Shown piece after piece: positions 25,701 to 28,454 of a stretch of DNA of 28,454 nt. The first letter of the stretch is position 1, and every line of letters begins with the position of its first letter. Source of the DNA: an uncultured Flavobacteriaceae bacterium (lineage in GTDB: Bacteria; Bacteroidota; Bacteroidia; Flavobacteriales; Flavobacteriaceae). Both the position numbers and the translations under genes were made by a program. The notes below the pieces were generated by a model. It did not search any database. It was not told the DNA's origin and saw nothing but the letters and a program-made list of their open reading frames with translations. The stretch lies in the NCBI GenBank assembly GCA_964591595.1, contig CAZQBE010000001.1, positions 1-28,454 of the forward strand. Direction: 5' to 3'.

Positions 25701-26111
25701 GAACTTAATGGAGAATTGTTTAGAATCTACCAACAACAACTGCAATTACGACAAGCTTTAGAGGATAAACTAGGAAAAGAAGGAAAAGGTGTTGGAGGTA
25801 ATTTACTAAAGGAAATGGAGAACGTTGAGCAAGACCTTCTAAACAAAGGATTTACTAATAGAACGCTTCAAAAAATGCTTGAGTTGCAGCATCAATTACT
25901 TAAATTGGAGAACGCCACTTTTCAACAAGGAGAAGACACTAAGCGACAATCTAAAACAAACAAGGGTCAGTTTGACAATACCCTTTCTAAACAGTTATTA
26001 AATGCAAGACAATATTTTAATACTACCGAGATATTAAACCGACAAGCATTACCTTTGCAGCCAGTATATAAAAAGAAAGTACGGGCCTATTTTAAAAAGA
26101 GCAATGATTAG
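22767..26111 (+). CDS. Large membrane-anchored coiled-coil protein (DUF4175-like)
   Basis: TTG start, three TM segments, beta-rich middle (SDDYGL), long E/K/Q-rich helical C-terminal half, LPLQPVYKKKV..YF end; position next to ybeY as I recall for Bacteroidota. Confidence 0.7.
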   Translation: MSNFKNIQDKLEAFIKKYYTNDLIKGVILFFAIGLLYFLFTLLIEYTLWLNTALRTVLFWVFVFIELSLFFMFIILPLAKLFKLQKGINHKEASKIIGSHFPEVSDKLLNVLQLNENSDQTELLMASIEQKAIELNPIPFKLAINFKRNFKYLKYAAIPVLIILLSFVSGKFEWFSDSYKRVVNYQIAYQPPAPFQFFIINDSLKTIENKPFTLIVNTQGDVVPENIQINYNNQAYYLKERNSGMFEYVFTQPNSNIAFSLFANNVTSKTYRLEVLNAPILLSFDMVLNYPAYTKKADETIKNTGNAVVPQGTKVKWNLKTKSTESVILHSRDSMINFTKEGDEFNFSKLVFKSLNYSLNTSNDALKNYESLAFTIDVIRDEYPELNVSMEQDSLDAQTLYFYGQVSDDYGLSKLQLVYYPSNSEKDKKTETISISKSNFDEFINIFPNQLKLLEGVSYELYFEVFDNDAISHYKSTKSNVFNYRKLTKDELKQEQLKTQSETIEDLNNSLQKIEDQEKELKAFSKTQKEKSELNFNDKKKLENFLKRQKQQDEMMQNFNKKLKDNLEEFQNENDDKDLFKESLKQRLNENQEQLEKDEKLLKELKKLSEKIQKEELSQKLEELAKQNKNRKRSLEQLLELTKRYYVAMKTEKLKVELEELAKEQEKLSKETKENNTKEKQDELNKDFEDFQKELEELRKDNKELREPLGVPQDIKKEEEIKNEQQEASENLEKKEQSISPQEQQQQQNNAKKNQKKAAQKMKQMSEQMGESMMGGGGQQMAEDIDMLRQILDNLVLFSFNQEDVMNRFKGIQVNHNEYAKYLRKQQNLREHFEHVDDSLFALSLRQPMISERINKEITEVFFNIDKSLAQLSENRLYQGVAAQQYTVTSANALASFLSDILDNMENQMMPSPGKGQGGDMQLPDIIMSQEELNKQMEEGLKKSEEGKEKDSKEGNEGKQKGDKEGLQQENGEGNNSEELNGELFRIYQQQLQLRQALEDKLGKEGKGVGGNLLKEMENVEQDLLNKGFTNRTLQKMLELQHQLLKLENATFQQGEDTKRQSKTNKGQFDNTLSKQLLNARQYFNTTEILNRQALPLQPVYKKKVRAYFKKSND

Positions 26112-26514
26112 CTTTAATTACGAAACAGATTTCACATTAGAAAATAAAGACAAAATATCCATTTGGATAAGTAAAACTATTCAGTCTGAAAATTTCAAAG
26201 AAGGAGAGATAAACTATATTTTTTGTGATGACCCGTATTTATACAAATTAAATGTTAAATTCCTTAATCACGATACGCTTACGGATATTATTAGTTTTGA
26301 TAATTCGATAGGAAAAACCTTACATGGAGATATATTTATTTCTATTGAAAGGGTTAAAGATAATGCCAATGATTTTGGCAACTCTTTTACAGAAGAATTG
26401 CACCGTGTTATAATTCATGGCGTCTTACACTATTGCGGCTATAAGGATAAATCAGAAGAAGACGCCAATTTAATGCGCACAAAAGAAAATTACTACTTAG
26501 AACAACTAGCTTGA
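26104..26514 (+). CDS. ybeY: rRNA maturation endoribonuclease YbeY
   Basis: TDIISF, GDIFIS, HRVIIHGVLHYCGYKD (H-X3-H-X5-like zinc motif); overlaps the upstream stop by 8 bp. Confidence 0.93.
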   Translation: MISFNYETDFTLENKDKISIWISKTIQSENFKEGEINYIFCDDPYLYKLNVKFLNHDTLTDIISFDNSIGKTLHGDIFISIERVKDNANDFGNSFTEELHRVIIHGVLHYCGYKDKSEEDANLMRTKENYYLEQLA

Positions 26515-26540
26515 AAAGTCTAAGATTCAATGTATATTTG
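26511..26540 (+). promoter_or_regulatory. Bacteroidota promoter for mnmG
   Basis: TTG (26511-13), 19-nt spacer, TATATTTG (26533-40). Confidence 0.65.
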
Positions 26541-26567
26541 CAAACTTTAATTTAGTAAAGAATAATT

Positions 26568-26583
26568 TGTTTCACGTGGAACG
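26568..26583. promoter_or_regulatory. parS centromere-like site
   Basis: TGTTTCACGTGGAACG versus the parS consensus TGTTNCACGTGAAACA; the position-12 G variant is a known one, so only the last base deviates. Confidence 0.8.
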
Positions 26584-26586
26584 TTT

Positions 26587-28454
26587 ATGAGTTTATTTCA
26601 AGACATATATGATGTAATTGTAGTTGGTGGTGGTCACGCGGGAAGCGAGGCAGCAGCAGCAGCAGCAAACATGGGGAGCAAAACCCTGCTCATCACGATG
26701 AGTCTGCAAAACATTGCACAAATGTCTTGCAACCCAGCAATGGGGGGAATTGCTAAAGGGCAAATTATACGCGAAATAGACGCACTTGGAGGTTATAGTG
26801 GTATTATAAGTGATACATCGGCCATACAATTTAAGATGCTTAACAAATCTAAAGGACCAGCAATGTGGAGCCCTCGAGTGCAAAGCGACAGAATGCGTTT
26901 TGCTGAAGATTGGAGATTGATGTTAGAAAGAACACCAAATCTTGATTTTTATCAAGAAATGGTTTCAGGGTTACTTGTCGACAATCATAAAATTATTGGA
27001 GTTACAACATCTTTAGGAGTTCAAATAAAAGCAAAAACCGTAGTCTTAACTAACGGAACGTTTTTAAATGGCTTGATTCATATAGGTGATAAAAATTTTG
27101 GAGGCGGAAGAGCAGGAGAGAGAGCCGCAACAGGAATTACAGAGCAACTTACATCTCTTGGGTTTGATTCTGGTAGAATGAAAACAGGAACTCCGCCAAG
27201 AGTAGATGGGCGCTCTCTAGATTTTTCTAAAATGATTGAACAACCTGGAGATGTCAATCCTGAGAAATTTTCATATTTAGATATTACAAAACCATTAGCG
27301 CACCAACGTTCTTGCTACATGACTTATACCAATCAAGAAGTTCATGACCTGCTTCGAGAAGGTTTTGATAAATCACCCATGTTTAATGGTAGGATTAAAA
27401 GCGTAGGTCCTCGCTATTGTCCATCGATAGAAGACAAAATTGATCGTTTTGCGGATAAAAGCAGGCATCAACTTTTTGTTGAGCCAGAAGGCTGGAACAC
27501 TGTCGAGGTTTATGTAAATGGGTTTTCCACATCTCTACCTGAAGATGTGCAGTTTAAAGCATTGCGTTCTGTAGTTGGTTTTGAAAATGTAAAATTTTTT
27601 AGGCCTGGTTATGCCATTGAGTATGATTATTTCCCCCCAACACAACTAAAACACACCCTTGAAACGAAGTTAGTTGAAGGGTTGCATTTTGCTGGACAAA
27701 TAAATGGAACCACAGGCTATGAGGAAGCGGCTTCACAAGGCTTAATGGCTGGGATAAATGCAAGTTTAAAGATTCAAGAAAAGGAGCCATTTATATTAAA
27801 AAGAGACGAAGCTTATATAGGTGTTTTAATAGATGATTTAATTACTAAAGGCACTGAAGAGCCTTATAGAATGTTTACCTCTCGTGCAGAATATAGAACG
27901 CTATTACGACAAGATAATGCAGATTTGCGATTAACGCCAAAAGGATTTAATCTTGGGTTAGCTAGTGAAAAGCGTTTAAAAAGAATGGAGGAAAAGCACA
28001 AACAAGCGGAACAATTTGTTCAATTTTTTAAAAACACTAGCGTTAAACCCTATGAAGCTAATCCTGTATTAGCATCTAAAAACTCAGCATTGGTAAAGCA
28101 ATCTGATAAAATGTTTAAACTCTTTACGAGACCCAATATAGATATTGATGACGTTAGAAAGTTTGATGCTGTCGAGCAATATATACAAGACAATAATCTG
28201 GATAAAGAGGTTATTGAGCAAACTGAAATTCAGGTAAAATATTCAGGATATATAGCCAAGGAAAAAAACAATGCTGATAAACTAAGCAGATTAGAATATG
28301 TTAAGATTCCAGACAATTTCGACTATTCTCGAATTAAGTCAATGAGTTTTGAGGCAAGAGAAAAGCTTAAATACATTCAACCAACATCAGTAGCTCAAGC
28401 ATCTAGAATTAGTGGTGTATCACCAAATGATATTTCTGTATTATTGGTTTACAT
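26587..28454 (+). CDS. mnmG: tRNA U34 carboxymethylaminomethyl modification enzyme MnmG/GidA (3' partial)
   Basis: ATG 26587: MSLFQDIYDVIVVGGGHAGSEAA, MSCNPAMGGIAKG, KTGTPPR, GPRYCPSIEDK, AGQINGTTGYEEAA, in frame to ..SGVSPNDISVLLVY at the window edge. Absent from the ORF track because the stop lies outside the window. Confidence 0.97.
   Translation, partial: MSLFQDIYDVIVVGGGHAGSEAAAAAANMGSKTLLITMSLQNIAQMSCNPAMGGIAKGQIIREIDALGGYSGIISDTSAIQFKMLNKSKGPAMWSPRVQSDRMRFAEDWRLMLERTPNLDFYQEMVSGLLVDNHKIIGVTTSLGVQIKAKTVVLTNGTFLNGLIHIGDKNFGGGRAGERAATGITEQLTSLGFDSGRMKTGTPPRVDGRSLDFSKMIEQPGDVNPEKFSYLDITKPLAHQRSCYMTYTNQEVHDLLREGFDKSPMFNGRIKSVGPRYCPSIEDKIDRFADKSRHQLFVEPEGWNTVEVYVNGFSTSLPEDVQFKALRSVVGFENVKFFRPGYAIEYDYFPPTQLKHTLETKLVEGLHFAGQINGTTGYEEAASQGLMAGINASLKIQEKEPFILKRDEAYIGVLIDDLITKGTEEPYRMFTSRAEYRTLLRQDNADLRLTPKGFNLGLASEKRLKRMEEKHKQAEQFVQFFKNTSVKPYEANPVLASKNSALVKQSDKMFKLFTRPNIDIDDVRKFDAVEQYIQDNNLDKEVIEQTEIQVKYSGYIAKEKNNADKLSRLEYVKIPDNFDYSRIKSMSFEAREKLKYIQPTSVAQASRISGVSPNDISVLLVY

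Noticed and set aside
772-27790. Short ORFs in the track: 772-963, 1082-1357, 4008-4226, 4792-4974, 5690-5881, 6317-6526, 14680-15090, 16182-16436, 16840-17058, 16892-17089, 17609-17809, 19567-19770, 26593-26883, 27599-27790
   Set aside because: All are antisense or out-of-frame shadows of well-supported genes (including unlisted mnmG) and show no recognisable motifs.

Overview
AT-rich bacterial DNA that looks like a marine Flavobacteriaceae (Bacteroidota) chromosome, judged from TAnnTTTG promoters, a type IX secretion C-terminal domain and the gene order. It is mostly housekeeping: partial MBL hydrolase, M1 aminopeptidase, rnpA, S41 protease, double-OmpA protein, elaA-like GNAT, CDF transporter, rpiB, rnr, GIN-domain protein, LysE, tRNA-Cys, folB, DoxX, glnS, SPFH, OM beta-barrel, gltX, alkB, DUF4175-like protein, ybeY and mnmG. 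mnmG runs off the window end and is missing from the ORF track. A parS site in the mnmG leader suggests the window is near the replication origin. Highlights: (1) a two-gene cassette pairing a GCS2/carboxylate-amine ligase fused to CBS domains with an aspartoacylase/M14-type hydrolase, behind an FNR/Crp-like palindrome, which is a candidate uncharacterised 'ligate-and-cleave' metabolite or protein-tagging system; (2) a 580-bp very AT-rich gap between rpiB and the next gene, with repeated TGTTAAT-type boxes and one consensus DnaA box (candidate oriC); (3) GTCA-tagged palindromic repeats inserted in frame into gltX (24 aa) and rnr (8 aa); (4) a T9SS cargo with only one propeller blade; (5) GlnRS with an extra ~120-aa C-terminal domain. 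All calls come from motif reading and recalled family knowledge; no searches were run.
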